Shown here one piece after another: positions 9,811 to 19,062 of a stretch of DNA of 32,000 nt (the first letter of the stretch is position 1; each line of letters opens with the position of its first letter). Below the pieces are notes generated by a model. The model saw only the letters and a program-made list of their open reading frames with translations. It had not been told where the DNA came from and did not search any database. Both the position numbers and the translations under genes were made by a program. Source of the stretch: Cyclobacteriaceae bacterium (GTDB lineage: Bacteria; Bacteroidota; Bacteroidia; Cytophagales; Cyclobacteriaceae); assembly GCA_016787755.1 (NCBI GenBank), contig JAEUUA010000009.1, forward strand, positions 21,263-53,262, written 5' to 3'.

Positions 9811-11268
9811 ATGAATTCTGAACAAAACTTAGAACTAGCCCCCGGGTTAACGATTTCGCGCGTGCTTATAGGCTTATGGCAAATAGCCGACCTGGAACGC
9901 GATGGAAAAAAGATCAATTGGGAAGAAGCAGCACTCGCCATGAAACAATATTACGATGCAGGCCTATCCACGTTCGACATGGCTGATCATTACGGTTCAG
10001 CCGAAGACATAGCCGGGATTTTTCGCACAAAGTATGCGAATGGTAAGTCACACTTGTTTACCAAATGGGTTCCCACACCGGGACCCGTAAAAAAAGAAAG
10101 CGTTCGCGAGGCGGTTCAAAAATCGTTAACACGAATGCAATCCGAGCAAATCGATCTTATGCAATTTCATGCATGGAATTATGCAGACCCAACCTGGTTA
10201 GATTGTTTGTATTGGTTACAAGAATTAAAAGAAGAAGGACTAATAAATCATTTGGGACTGACAAATTTTGATACGGCACATTTGCGCATTGTCTTAACAA
10301 GTGGAATTAAAGTCGTTTCCAATCAAGTCTGCTATTCATTGATTGACCAACGAGCATCTCATGCTATGACGGAACTATGTCTCCAGCATAACATTAAGCT
10401 ATTAGCCTTTGGAACTATAGCAGGTGGCTTTCTTACAGATAAGTGGCTGAACAAACCTGAACCACAACAAGATCAATCACTCACATGGTCGCAAATGAAG
10501 TACAAACGCTTTATTGATGCTGCCGGAGGGTGGAATAAACTTCAAAATCTTCTAGCGGCTTTAAATCAGGTTGCTAAAAAACATACCACATCAATAGCAA
10601 ACATCGCCAGTCGCTATATGGTAGAGCAATCCGCTGTGGGCGGAGTAATTATAGGCGCCCGGCTTGGAATGAGTGAACACATTCAGGAAAATGTAAAACT
10701 GTTTTCATTTTCATTAGATACAGAAAGTAAAAAGAATATCAGGCAAGCCCTTGATTCTTTAAATACCATTCCGGGGGATTGTGGAGATGAATACCGCAAA
10801 CCCCCTTACTTAACCGCATCAGGCGATCTGAGCCATCATGTAGATACAATTCCACCTCCGTATCCTTCTTATGCTGGCAGTGATGGAAGAATAAAAGCAC
10901 TTAGCGGAACTGTGTGGGAAGACATTGCCGGGTTTAGTCGAGCAATAAAAAAAGGCAATCGCATTCTTGTGTCGGGCACAACGGCCACGCATGGCAAGAA
11001 CGCCATTGGCGGCAATGATCCGGCTGCACAAACCCATTTTGTAATTGATAAAATTGAAGGTGCCATCCAATCTCTAGGTGGTACGTTAAATGATGTTGTC
11101 CGCACCAGAATTTTTATTCGTAACATGAACGATTGGGAGGCGATTGCACTAGCCCATGGTGAACGATTTAAAACTATTCAGCCGGCAAACACCCTGGTAA
11201 AAGCCGAATTAATTGGCGATCAATACCTGATCGAAATGGAAGCGGAAGCAATTCTTGGTAATGGATAA
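9811..11268 (+). CDS. Aldo/keto reductase fused to a C-terminal RidA/YjgF-like domain
   Basis: Residues ~1-330 look like an AKR (FDMADHYGSAE, DLMQFHAWNY, GLTNFD, LLAFGTIAGGFLTDKW). Residues ~360-485 look like YjgF/RidA (ILVSGTTA...THFVIDKIEGAIQSLGGTLNDVVRTRIFIRNMNDWEAI...PANTLVKAELIGDQYLIEMEAEA). Confidence 0.8.
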   Translation: MNSEQNLELAPGLTISRVLIGLWQIADLERDGKKINWEEAALAMKQYYDAGLSTFDMADHYGSAEDIAGIFRTKYANGKSHLFTKWVPTPGPVKKESVREAVQKSLTRMQSEQIDLMQFHAWNYADPTWLDCLYWLQELKEEGLINHLGLTNFDTAHLRIVLTSGIKVVSNQVCYSLIDQRASHAMTELCLQHNIKLLAFGTIAGGFLTDKWLNKPEPQQDQSLTWSQMKYKRFIDAAGGWNKLQNLLAALNQVAKKHTTSIANIASRYMVEQSAVGGVIIGARLGMSEHIQENVKLFSFSLDTESKKNIRQALDSLNTIPGDCGDEYRKPPYLTASGDLSHHVDTIPPPYPSYAGSDGRIKALSGTVWEDIAGFSRAIKKGNRILVSGTTATHGKNAIGGNDPAAQTHFVIDKIEGAIQSLGGTLNDVVRTRIFIRNMNDWEAIALAHGERFKTIQPANTLVKAELIGDQYLIEMEAEAILGNG

Positions 11269-11270
11269 AC

Positions 11271-11816
11271 CTACTTTATTGGCTTTGGAGGAAAATTCTT
11301 TAAGACCATCTTTATTCCCTTCCGAATATTCTTTTCCGATAAATCTGGATTATGTTCCATGTATCCTATCGCATGAGATTGCCAAACCATTCTACTTTCT
11401 GCGTTATCAGCCATGCCAATAATAATCGAACCCTTCAAATAGTTTATTATTTCACGGTCAGCCTCCATCGGTTTGTAATAAACAGGTGAATCTTCCGACC
11501 GATGGTAAATGATAGCCTGTTCATCATTTACTGTTATGGTAAAACCTACTAACAAATCCGGATTGTCAGTATTTTGTGTCAGCCCTTTTTGTTCAAGCTC
11601 CTGGATAATGGAAACCTTTAAATTTTCTCTCAATAAACTATCGTTGAGGTAGGCCGGACCATCAAATTTGAATTCACACCCGCTCATCCAGCAGAATGTT
11701 TTATACTTGCTAAAATCAACCTGATGATCATAGGTTTCTTTCACCTGAATTGAACAACCAGACCCTATCCAAACTAAAAAAATACCTACGAGCGAACTTC
11801 TTATGATGTGTTGCAT
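11271..11816 (-). CDS. DUF4136-like lipoprotein
   Basis: Signal peptide with a lipobox (WIGSGCS). The YKTFCW and GSIIIGMADNAESRMVWQS blocks resemble DUF4136. Its stop lies 2 nt from the stop of the convergent AKR-RidA gene. Confidence 0.7.
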   Translation of the reverse strand: MQHIIRSSLVGIFLVWIGSGCSIQVKETYDHQVDFSKYKTFCWMSGCEFKFDGPAYLNDSLLRENLKVSIIQELEQKGLTQNTDNPDLLVGFTITVNDEQAIIYHRSEDSPVYYKPMEADREIINYLKGSIIIGMADNAESRMVWQSHAIGYMEHNPDLSEKNIRKGIKMVLKNFPPKPIK

Positions 11817-11999
11817 TTCCTACTAGATTGTTTAATGAAACATTGTCCTTGGTAAGATATTCAGCAATGGCATCAATATGAATGACAAATGTCAATTCGA
11901 AACGTGACAATTATCGCATGTAGGTTGAAAGGCAATTCGAACCTATTGCCTTATACTACAGATACAATCTACTTGCCTGTCTTGTTTCCAGAACCTATT

Positions 12000-13661
12000 T
12001 TACTTAGCCCAATTGACTCTGGCAGACGGATAGAAATCAATACCCCGAGTTCTCATAAACGGAGCATGGTTTCCTAAACGCACTTTGTATTCCTCCCAGG
12101 TTCTTCCCTCAGCTGGCGACCAGGCAATTTCTGCTATCCCCGGCATACGTGGAAATAACAGATATTCAATATCATCCATGGTTGAGATCGTCTCACTCCA
12201 AAGCGGTGTCTCAACTCCTAAAATTTGTTCGCGGCTTATGCCTTCTACCTGTGTAGCCGGATCCCAATTATACGCATCATCTACTTCGATGTACGCTGCC
12301 CAGTGCAATCCTAACTTTGACGTTGAGTCGTATTGCATATCGATGTACACACGCTTTGAGGGTGACATAATAATTTGTGCCCCCTTATCTGCTGCCATCT
12401 GTGCATAGGTTGGCTTATCCCAATGTTGGGCTATTGCATTTCCATCAATGTTGGCTTGCGCAATTTCTTCCCAGCCAATCATTTTCTTTCCATTGGCTTT
12501 TACAATCTCAGTAAACCGGTTGATGAATTTAATATAATCTTCCTTCTTGGTGGCATGTGCTTCATCGCCACCAATGTGAACATAAGGTCCGGGTGTTATC
12601 TCAGAAAGTTCACGAATCACATCATTCACAAATTTGAAGGTCTCAGGTTTATCGAAATAGAGTGTGCTCCATCCCACCTCTATTCCGGTATATAATTGTG
12701 TAGGCTTGTTTTTGCCACCTAATACTTCGGTTGTTTTTGTTGGACTATTATAGCCACCCTCTATTGGGAACTTGATTCCACCATTTAACTCTCCATATGA
12801 AGCTAATGCAGAATTGATATGGCCGGGTAAATCAATCTCAGGAACAATGGTGATATACTTACTCGCTGCATATGCAACAATGTCTTTATATTGTTCTTGT
12901 GTATAGTATCCACCGGTGCCACCTCCTACTTGAGTTTTACCTCCGTGCAACGCTAAGTTAGGCCACGATTTAATTTCGATTCGCCAGCCCTGGTCATCAC
13001 TTAAGTGCAAGTGTAGAATATTCATTTTATAATAACTGATCAAATCAATGTAGCGCTTCACATCTTCTACGCTGAAGAAATGGCGAGCGACATCTAACAT
13101 CGATCCCCGCCAGGCATAGGTGGGATAATCAATAATAGTTCCGGTAGGAATTCCGTAACTATCATTTTGTGATTTGGCCTTAACGTTTGGAATAAGTTGA
13201 ATAATGGTTTGGACTCCCATATAAAGTCCAGCCGGCTCATTTGCCTTAACCGTAATCATCTCTTCTGTGATTTCAAGTTCATAGCCTTCGGCTCCTACTT
13301 TTGCATCAGCATTCCCTAACACCAAGTAAATATTACCGTTCCCCGGTGCCTCTGATGTCGGTTCGGTAACCAAACTGAGACTTGTCATCTTATTAAATTC
13401 TGTAGAAAGGTAATTTCCAATACCCATAAGTTCGGGACTACCTACAAAAATCTTTGCATTAGAAGTTAGTGAAAAACGTTTGCCGCTTGCAACAACCGAA
13501 ACCGGTTTTGGAATAATACTTTGGATTGCCAGATCTGTTGGTAATTCAGCTTGCTTGCAGGATTGAAGGATTAATAGTGATAGTAGAACAAAAAGAATGC
13601 TTTTACCAAAACTGACGAATTGATGTTTATTATTTTTCAGGTAGGAGTGCAAAATACTCAT
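12000..13661 (-). CDS. Beta-N-acetylhexosaminidase, glycoside hydrolase family 20 (lipoprotein)
   Basis: GH20 catalytic motifs are present (RGSMLDVARHF, HLHLSDDQGWRIEIKSWP, HIGGDE). The N-terminal signal has the lipobox LILQSC. Confidence 0.9.
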   Translation of the reverse strand: MSILHSYLKNNKHQFVSFGKSILFVLLSLLILQSCKQAELPTDLAIQSIIPKPVSVVASGKRFSLTSNAKIFVGSPELMGIGNYLSTEFNKMTSLSLVTEPTSEAPGNGNIYLVLGNADAKVGAEGYELEITEEMITVKANEPAGLYMGVQTIIQLIPNVKAKSQNDSYGIPTGTIIDYPTYAWRGSMLDVARHFFSVEDVKRYIDLISYYKMNILHLHLSDDQGWRIEIKSWPNLALHGGKTQVGGGTGGYYTQEQYKDIVAYAASKYITIVPEIDLPGHINSALASYGELNGGIKFPIEGGYNSPTKTTEVLGGKNKPTQLYTGIEVGWSTLYFDKPETFKFVNDVIRELSEITPGPYVHIGGDEAHATKKEDYIKFINRFTEIVKANGKKMIGWEEIAQANIDGNAIAQHWDKPTYAQMAADKGAQIIMSPSKRVYIDMQYDSTSKLGLHWAAYIEVDDAYNWDPATQVEGISREQILGVETPLWSETISTMDDIEYLLFPRMPGIAEIAWSPAEGRTWEEYKVRLGNHAPFMRTRGIDFYPSARVNWAK

Positions 13662-14040
13662 TTACAAAAGGTTTATAGTTTTTAACAATATTATCAGTAT
13701 GGAAATTAATAAGCAACCCTTTTGGGATTTGCAAAAGCTTCATATAAGATAAAACTTGTGCATGATGAACTGGTAGCATACATTCAATCGCCTTAAGTTC
13801 ACAAATAACCAGGCCTTCCACCATAACATCCAGTCTCAAATCGATATCCAAGCCTCTGTTTTTATAGGTAACTGGAATTTTAACCTGACGTACAAAGTTA
13901 AGTTGCTTTGATTTAATTTCTTCACAGAAGCATTCTTCATAAATACTTTCCAAAAGACCAGGACCCAATTGCTTGTGAACTTCTATGGCGCAGCCAATGA
14001 GGTCATAAGCCAAGTCGTTGATATATTTTTGAGTTATCAT
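13630..14040 (-). CDS. GxxExxY protein (PD-(D/E)XK-like family often found in 23S rRNA intervening sequences)
   Basis: 136 aa with the diagnostic GPGLLESIYEECF (GxxExxY) motif and family-typical length. Its 3' end overlaps the GH20 start by 32 nt. Confidence 0.85.
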   Translation of the reverse strand: MITQKYINDLAYDLIGCAIEVHKQLGPGLLESIYEECFCEEIKSKQLNFVRQVKIPVTYKNRGLDIDLRLDVMVEGLVICELKAIECMLPVHHAQVLSYMKLLQIPKGLLINFHTDNIVKNYKPFVNEYFALLPEK

Positions 14041-14074
14041 GATTTTTCTTTAACCGCTGTGGCACCAAAGTTTT

Positions 14075-14157
14075 CCACCACCGAGGCACTCAGGCACAAA
14101 GAGCAAAATACAATTTTCCCTACAATAGTCTTTCTCAGTGCCTACGTGCCTGAGTGG
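14075..14157. repeat. Imperfect inverted repeat with AGGCAC iterations, immediately upstream of the GxxExxY gene
   Basis: The left arm CCACCACCGAGGCACTCAGGCACAAAGAG (14075-14103) is roughly complementary to the right arm CTTTCTCAGTGCCTACGTGCCTGAGTGG (14130-14157). Confidence 0.5.
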
Positions 14158-14180
14158 TAAAATAATAATTGCTTTCTAAA

Positions 14181-14933
14181 CTATTTCCTCAACTCCACCA
14201 GCCAGTCCCACGGATACGGATCCTTAAGCCATTTTGGTGGCAAAGCAATTTCTGTTTCCCAGTCATACTCCAACTTATCTATCGCTGTGACTGTAAAGCC
14301 TGCCTCTCTAAACATTACTTTGATCTCAGATTCGGAGTAATGTTTAGTAGGAACTCCATCAATATGAATGATGCCCTGAATTAAATCCCGTTTGTTCGCT
14401 TTAAAATAATCAAACTCATTTTTTGGAATATCCTGAGGCTTGGTACCTTCCTTCTCGTATACATCCATCATTCGCCAAGCAGCAAATAAGGCTGAGTCGA
14501 GCGATGGCAATACAATTACGGCTATTCCACCAGGTTTCAAGGATCGATATACGTTATCAATCATTTGACAATTTTTCTTGCGAACGGGAAACATGATCAC
14601 GTTACAACAAAAAGCAAAATCAACTTTAGGTAAAACGAGTTTCTTCTTCGTTAAATCTGCTTGCTTAAGTGTTACATTAGTAAACCCACGTTGCTCAGCT
14701 TGCTTCAATAGTCCTTTTGAAATATCAAAAGCAATAACCTGTTTAAAGAGCGGAGCTATAAATGGAAAAGACTTACCATTTCCACACCCAAAGTCAATAG
14801 CTGTTTTGCTTAGACTTCCGTGCTTCTTAAAATACGTTGAGAGTTTCCTAAACTTATCATTTTGGAACACATCAAATATTTCATCGTTATAGCTGGGGGC
14901 AATTTTATTCCAATGCTCTTTTTCGTTCATCAT
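14181..14933 (-). CDS. Class I SAM-dependent methyltransferase
   Basis: Motif I AIDFGCGNG, and a post-I acidic residue in AFDIS. The start overlaps the stop of the upstream NMO gene (ATGA), which suggests co-translation. Confidence 0.8.
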   Translation of the reverse strand: MMNEKEHWNKIAPSYNDEIFDVFQNDKFRKLSTYFKKHGSLSKTAIDFGCGNGKSFPFIAPLFKQVIAFDISKGLLKQAEQRGFTNVTLKQADLTKKKLVLPKVDFAFCCNVIMFPVRKKNCQMIDNVYRSLKPGGIAVIVLPSLDSALFAAWRMMDVYEKEGTKPQDIPKNEFDYFKANKRDLIQGIIHIDGVPTKHYSESEIKVMFREAGFTVTAIDKLEYDWETEIALPPKWLKDPYPWDWLVELRK

Positions 14934-15886
14934 GCCGCATCATATTCTTTAGTCAATGTCTTTATAATTTCAGCCATTGGGCGGATGCTATGAACATGCT
15001 CAATAGCCGGTCCAGCGCACCATACTGTTTTATAAGTCGCTCCAAAGGCTGCATTCTCCACCTGTTTCATTCCGCGGTATGCGATAATCATCTTGGCATA
15101 CTTCTTCAACTTTTTATTGTTATTGAGGATACGCTCCAACCAATTCGCCTTGGTACCCAGTTGTTGAACATACGGTGTGTTAATCACGGTAAGTGCAGAG
15201 CCCGACAACTTAGTAGTCATCACAATATCTTTCTCCCCATAATCAATCATGGCTTGCTTATACTCGGGCGAAATATCTGCTTCTTCGCAAGCGATAAAAA
15301 TCGTGCCTACTGAGGCACCGGCAGCCCCCCAATTCATTACTTCTTTTAAATCTTTTCCGTGAGCAATGCCCCCGGCAGAGATTACCGGGATGGTACAATT
15401 CTCTTTTAAGAGTGTTACCAATTCTTTGGGCGATAGTTTTCCGGCATGACCACCCGCCCGATTATTCACTGCGATCACGGCATCAGCCCCCTGACTTTCT
15501 ACTTTTTTTGCATAGGCTAAGTCAACCACATCGCAAAAGACTTTAATCCCAAGTGGTTTACACTTTTCGATCACTTCAAAGGGATTTCCTAAGGAAGTAA
15601 TAATGAATCCAACTTTCAATTCAAGAAGTGTTTCCAGTTGTCCTTTATATTTAGGATTCGATTTATTTACAATCAGGTTGACACCAAATGGTTTATCCGT
15701 AGCCGATTTAATTTCGGCAATGGCTGCCCTAAGCTCCGCATCCGTGCGATAATTTAAAGCGGGAAAAGCAGCGGTTACTCCGTTGGCCAGGGCAGCTTTA
15801 ATCATTTTTGTGTTGGAGATCAAAAACATTGGCGCAACAATTATAGGATAATCGATGCCGAGCAATTTATCTAAGGGTATCCTCAT
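14930..15886 (-). CDS. Nitronate monooxygenase family / FabK-like FMN-dependent oxidoreductase
   Basis: YPIIVAPMFLISN, GADAVIAVNNRAGGHAG and ISAGGIAHGKD are typical of the NMO (2-nitropropane dioxygenase-like) TIM-barrel family. Confidence 0.8.
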   Translation of the reverse strand: MRIPLDKLLGIDYPIIVAPMFLISNTKMIKAALANGVTAAFPALNYRTDAELRAAIAEIKSATDKPFGVNLIVNKSNPKYKGQLETLLELKVGFIITSLGNPFEVIEKCKPLGIKVFCDVVDLAYAKKVESQGADAVIAVNNRAGGHAGKLSPKELVTLLKENCTIPVISAGGIAHGKDLKEVMNWGAAGASVGTIFIACEEADISPEYKQAMIDYGEKDIVMTTKLSGSALTVINTPYVQQLGTKANWLERILNNNKKLKKYAKMIIAYRGMKQVENAAFGATYKTVWCAGPAIEHVHSIRPMAEIIKTLTKEYDAA

Positions 15887-16049
15887 GGAGTTTCTAAATT
15901 TCAGGAAGATTGAAAAAATTGAGTTAAGATAAAAGAAGATTTAAGTTTACTTACGAGCGTTCATTGTTTGAAGGATTTAACTTAAAAAGTTGTGCGCTTA
16001 TTATCGGCAAAGTACTTTCGCACCTATACCATTAATCCAATCTGTTGCC

Positions 16050-17126
16050 ATGCAGAATTATTCCATTCAAGCTATAGTGGTAGCTACAGGTAGTTATATC
16101 CCGAAAGTAAAAATCAATAACTCCAATTTCCTCAATCATACCTTTTTTGAGAAGGATGGCTTGCCCATTAATAAAGACATTAAGACTATTGTTGAAAAGT
16201 TTAAATCCATAACGGGGATTGAAGACAGGTGTTATGCTTTGCCGGAACAGAAAGCTTCAGACCTTGGTTACCTGGCCGCTTTACAAGCATTCGAAAGTTC
16301 AGGTATTGATAAAGAAACTATTGATTATTTAATAGTAGCACACAACTTTGGTGACGTAGCGTATGATAGCAACCGTGTTGATATGGTGCCTACATTAGCT
16401 TCGCGGATAAAATATTTATTGCAAATAAAAAATCCGGATTGTGTTGCCTATGATCTTCCGTTTGGTTGTCCGGGTTGGTTGGAAGGAGTCATACAGGCAA
16501 ACTATTTCATCAAATCGGGAGACGCAACGCGATGCCTGGTGATAGGTGCTGAAACATTATCGCGCATCATTGATCCGCACGATCGAGACTCGATGATTTA
16601 TGCGGATGGAGCCGGAGCAGTAATTTTAGAAGGAAGAAACGGGCCACAAGGAATTCTAGCTCATAAAACTCAAACGTATGCCAGCGAGCATGCTCATTTA
16701 CTAAACATGGATTTCAGCTATGACACTCAGCACGACAACAGGGATCTTTATATAAAAATGAATGGCCGTAAGTTGTACGAGTTTGCCCTAACCTATGTTC
16801 CTCACGTGGTTAAGCTGGCACTCGACAAAGCCAACACGCATATTTCAGAGATCAGCAAAATACTGATCCATCAGGCCAACGAAAAAATGGACGAAGCCAT
16901 TGTACACCGGCTTTTTAAATTATATAACCTGGAATTTACCAACCCACAGATTATGCCCATGAGCATTTCATGGTTAGGAAACAGCTCGGTGGCCACCATC
17001 CCTACCCTGCTTGACCTTATGTTGAAAAAGAAAATGAAAGATCAGGAGATCCATCCGGGAGAGAAAATTGTTTTTGCTTCGGTCGGTGCCGGGATGAATA
17101 TCAATGCCGTTGTTTATCAGTTTTAA
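16050..17126 (+). CDS. 3-oxoacyl-ACP synthase III (KAS III, FabH-like)
   Basis: Cys-His-Asn catalytic context is present (DLPFGCPGW, LIHQANEKM, GNSSVATIP). The ATG at 16050 (MQNYSIQAIVVATGSYIPK) is preferred over the upstream TTG at 15990. Confidence 0.85.
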   Translation: MQNYSIQAIVVATGSYIPKVKINNSNFLNHTFFEKDGLPINKDIKTIVEKFKSITGIEDRCYALPEQKASDLGYLAALQAFESSGIDKETIDYLIVAHNFGDVAYDSNRVDMVPTLASRIKYLLQIKNPDCVAYDLPFGCPGWLEGVIQANYFIKSGDATRCLVIGAETLSRIIDPHDRDSMIYADGAGAVILEGRNGPQGILAHKTQTYASEHAHLLNMDFSYDTQHDNRDLYIKMNGRKLYEFALTYVPHVVKLALDKANTHISEISKILIHQANEKMDEAIVHRLFKLYNLEFTNPQIMPMSISWLGNSSVATIPTLLDLMLKKKMKDQEIHPGEKIVFASVGAGMNINAVVYQF

Positions 17127-17333
17127 TTGACTGAACCTCGAGGGCTGGTTCGAACCAATTAATCCCTAAATACCTCCGCTTTTAGCCGCCTACTGAAACT
17201 TTAAGTTGAAGAACGAGTTATAGCATAAACTCGATATTTCGAAATCTTAGCGATTATTAGAATAAAATGAAATGATTTTGGCAGGTAATATGTTTACTCT
17301 ACAACAAATTTTATAAAAAGGGAATTGCATCAA

Positions 17334-18173
17334 ATGAATAAAGAATTTCTTACACTATTGTACAAGTCGCAGCAAGAGTGCCCCGACTGCCCATCGCCAG
17401 AAGTAGTGGCTAATTTTTTCGTGGATTTGTTAGGAAGCCTCTTCCCGGATCATTCAAAACACTCATTTCAATCTCTTGACGAATTTGAAGCACACTTCGA
17501 AAGTCTTAAAATGCGACTCGAGCATCTGCTTCTGAAAACACCTGGTAATAAAATAAATGAGGCGCGGAAAATGGTAGATGATTTTTTTGAAGATTTGCCC
17601 ACGCTGCATACGAAACTGAATCAGGATATCTCCGCCATCTATGAAGAAGATCCGGCTGCCAAAAGTCACCGTGAAGTAGTGAGAACCTATCCCGGCTTTT
17701 ATGCGATAGCTGCCTATCGGATAGCCCATGGATTGCACACGTTAGGAATACATGGGTTGCCCCGGACAATTACTGAACATGCCCATAGTAAAACTGGCAT
17801 TGATATTCATCCGGGTGCAAAAATTGGCAATCACTTTTGCATTGACCATGGCACAGGCGTGGTGATTGGAGAAACAACAATTATTGGAAACCATGTTAAG
17901 TTATACCAGGGTGTTACCCTGGGTGCCTTGAGCATTAATAAAGCCGATGCCCATATCAAACGACATCCCACCATTGAAGATCAGGTAATTATTTATGCAG
18001 GAGCAACAATTCTGGGGGGCAGCACCCTTGTAGGACATAATAGCGTGATTGGTGGAAATGTGTGGCTAACCCAAAGTGTGCCCCCGTATTCAAAAATCTA
18101 CTATCAGGCAAAAACAGTGAGTGAAATACCGGCAGAAGGTGATTTCCTTATCTCAAAAAATGAAGTACAATGA
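17334..18173 (+). CDS. cysE: Serine O-acetyltransferase
   Basis: SATase N-terminal helical region followed by left-handed beta-helix hexapeptide repeats (GIDIHPGAKIGNHFCIDHGTGVVIGETTIIGNHVKLYQGVTLG). It overlaps the next gene by ATGA. Confidence 0.85.
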   Translation: MNKEFLTLLYKSQQECPDCPSPEVVANFFVDLLGSLFPDHSKHSFQSLDEFEAHFESLKMRLEHLLLKTPGNKINEARKMVDDFFEDLPTLHTKLNQDISAIYEEDPAAKSHREVVRTYPGFYAIAAYRIAHGLHTLGIHGLPRTITEHAHSKTGIDIHPGAKIGNHFCIDHGTGVVIGETTIIGNHVKLYQGVTLGALSINKADAHIKRHPTIEDQVIIYAGATILGGSTLVGHNSVIGGNVWLTQSVPPYSKIYYQAKTVSEIPAEGDFLISKNEVQ

Positions 18174-19048
18174 AACTGATTGAAACCATCGGCAACACCC
18201 CGATCGTAAAACTCGAAAAAATCCCGCTTCATAAGTCCGTCACGATCTATGCAAAATTAGAAGGCAATAATCCCGGTGGAAGTGTCAAAGACCGGGCAGC
18301 CTATGGCATGATTAAAGGGGCACTTGATCGCGGTGAAATTAAACCCGGTGACAAACTGATTGAAGCAACCAGTGGCAATACGGGCATTGCCCTGGCCATG
18401 ATTGCGCGTATTATGGGTTTGGAAATGACGCTCATCATGCCCGACAATTCAACCCGTGAACGTGTATTAGCCATGGAGGCTTACGGTGCCACTGTAATCT
18501 TGACCCCGGCAGAACGAACCATTGAATATTCCAGAGAACTGGCTGAAAAAATGGCTAGCGAAGAACATTATTTTATCCTGAACCAATTTAGTAACCCCGA
18601 TAATTACGGAATGCATTTTCAAACCACGGGTCCTGAAATCTGGAATGATACCGAAAAGAAAGTGACCCATTTCGTTTCCGCGATGGGAACTACAGGTACG
18701 ATTATGGGTGTATCGCGCTACCTAAAACAAAAGAACCCCGCAATTCAAATTGTAGGAACCCAACCCACTGAAAAATCTTCCATCCCAGGCATCCGTAGAT
18801 GGTCACCGGAATTTCTTCCGAAAATATTTGAACCTCATCGGGTGGATCGGGTTATCGATGTTAGTGAACAGGACGCTACTGATTTAACTAGACGACTTGC
18901 CAAAGAGGAAGGTATTTTGGCAGGTATGAGCAGTGGAGGTGCACTTTATGCAGCCTTGAAAATTGCCAGCGAACTTGATTCTGGCCTTATTGTTTTTATC
19001 GCCTGCGACCGTGGTGACCGATACTTAAGTTCAGATTTGTTTGCTTGA
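18170..19048 (+). CDS. cysM: Cysteine synthase B-type O-acetylserine sulfhydrylase
   Basis: Collinear similarity to E. coli CysM as I recall it (IGNTPxVKL, LEGNNPGGSVKDRAA, ATSGNTGIALAM, MPDN, SSIPGIRRW, CDRGDRYLS). 292 aa. Confidence 0.9.
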   Translation: MKLIETIGNTPIVKLEKIPLHKSVTIYAKLEGNNPGGSVKDRAAYGMIKGALDRGEIKPGDKLIEATSGNTGIALAMIARIMGLEMTLIMPDNSTRERVLAMEAYGATVILTPAERTIEYSRELAEKMASEEHYFILNQFSNPDNYGMHFQTTGPEIWNDTEKKVTHFVSAMGTTGTIMGVSRYLKQKNPAIQIVGTQPTEKSSIPGIRRWSPEFLPKIFEPHRVDRVIDVSEQDATDLTRRLAKEEGILAGMSSGGALYAALKIASELDSGLIVFIACDRGDRYLSSDLFA

Positions 19049-19062
19049 TTTATTTACTCCTC

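Noticed and set aside
17127-17333. Possible sulfur/SAM-responsive riboswitch or leader upstream of cysE-cysM.
   Set aside because: I could not find SAM-I, SAM-II or other recognisable riboswitch cores, nor a convincing terminator/antiterminator pair. The region is AT-rich and unstructured by eye.
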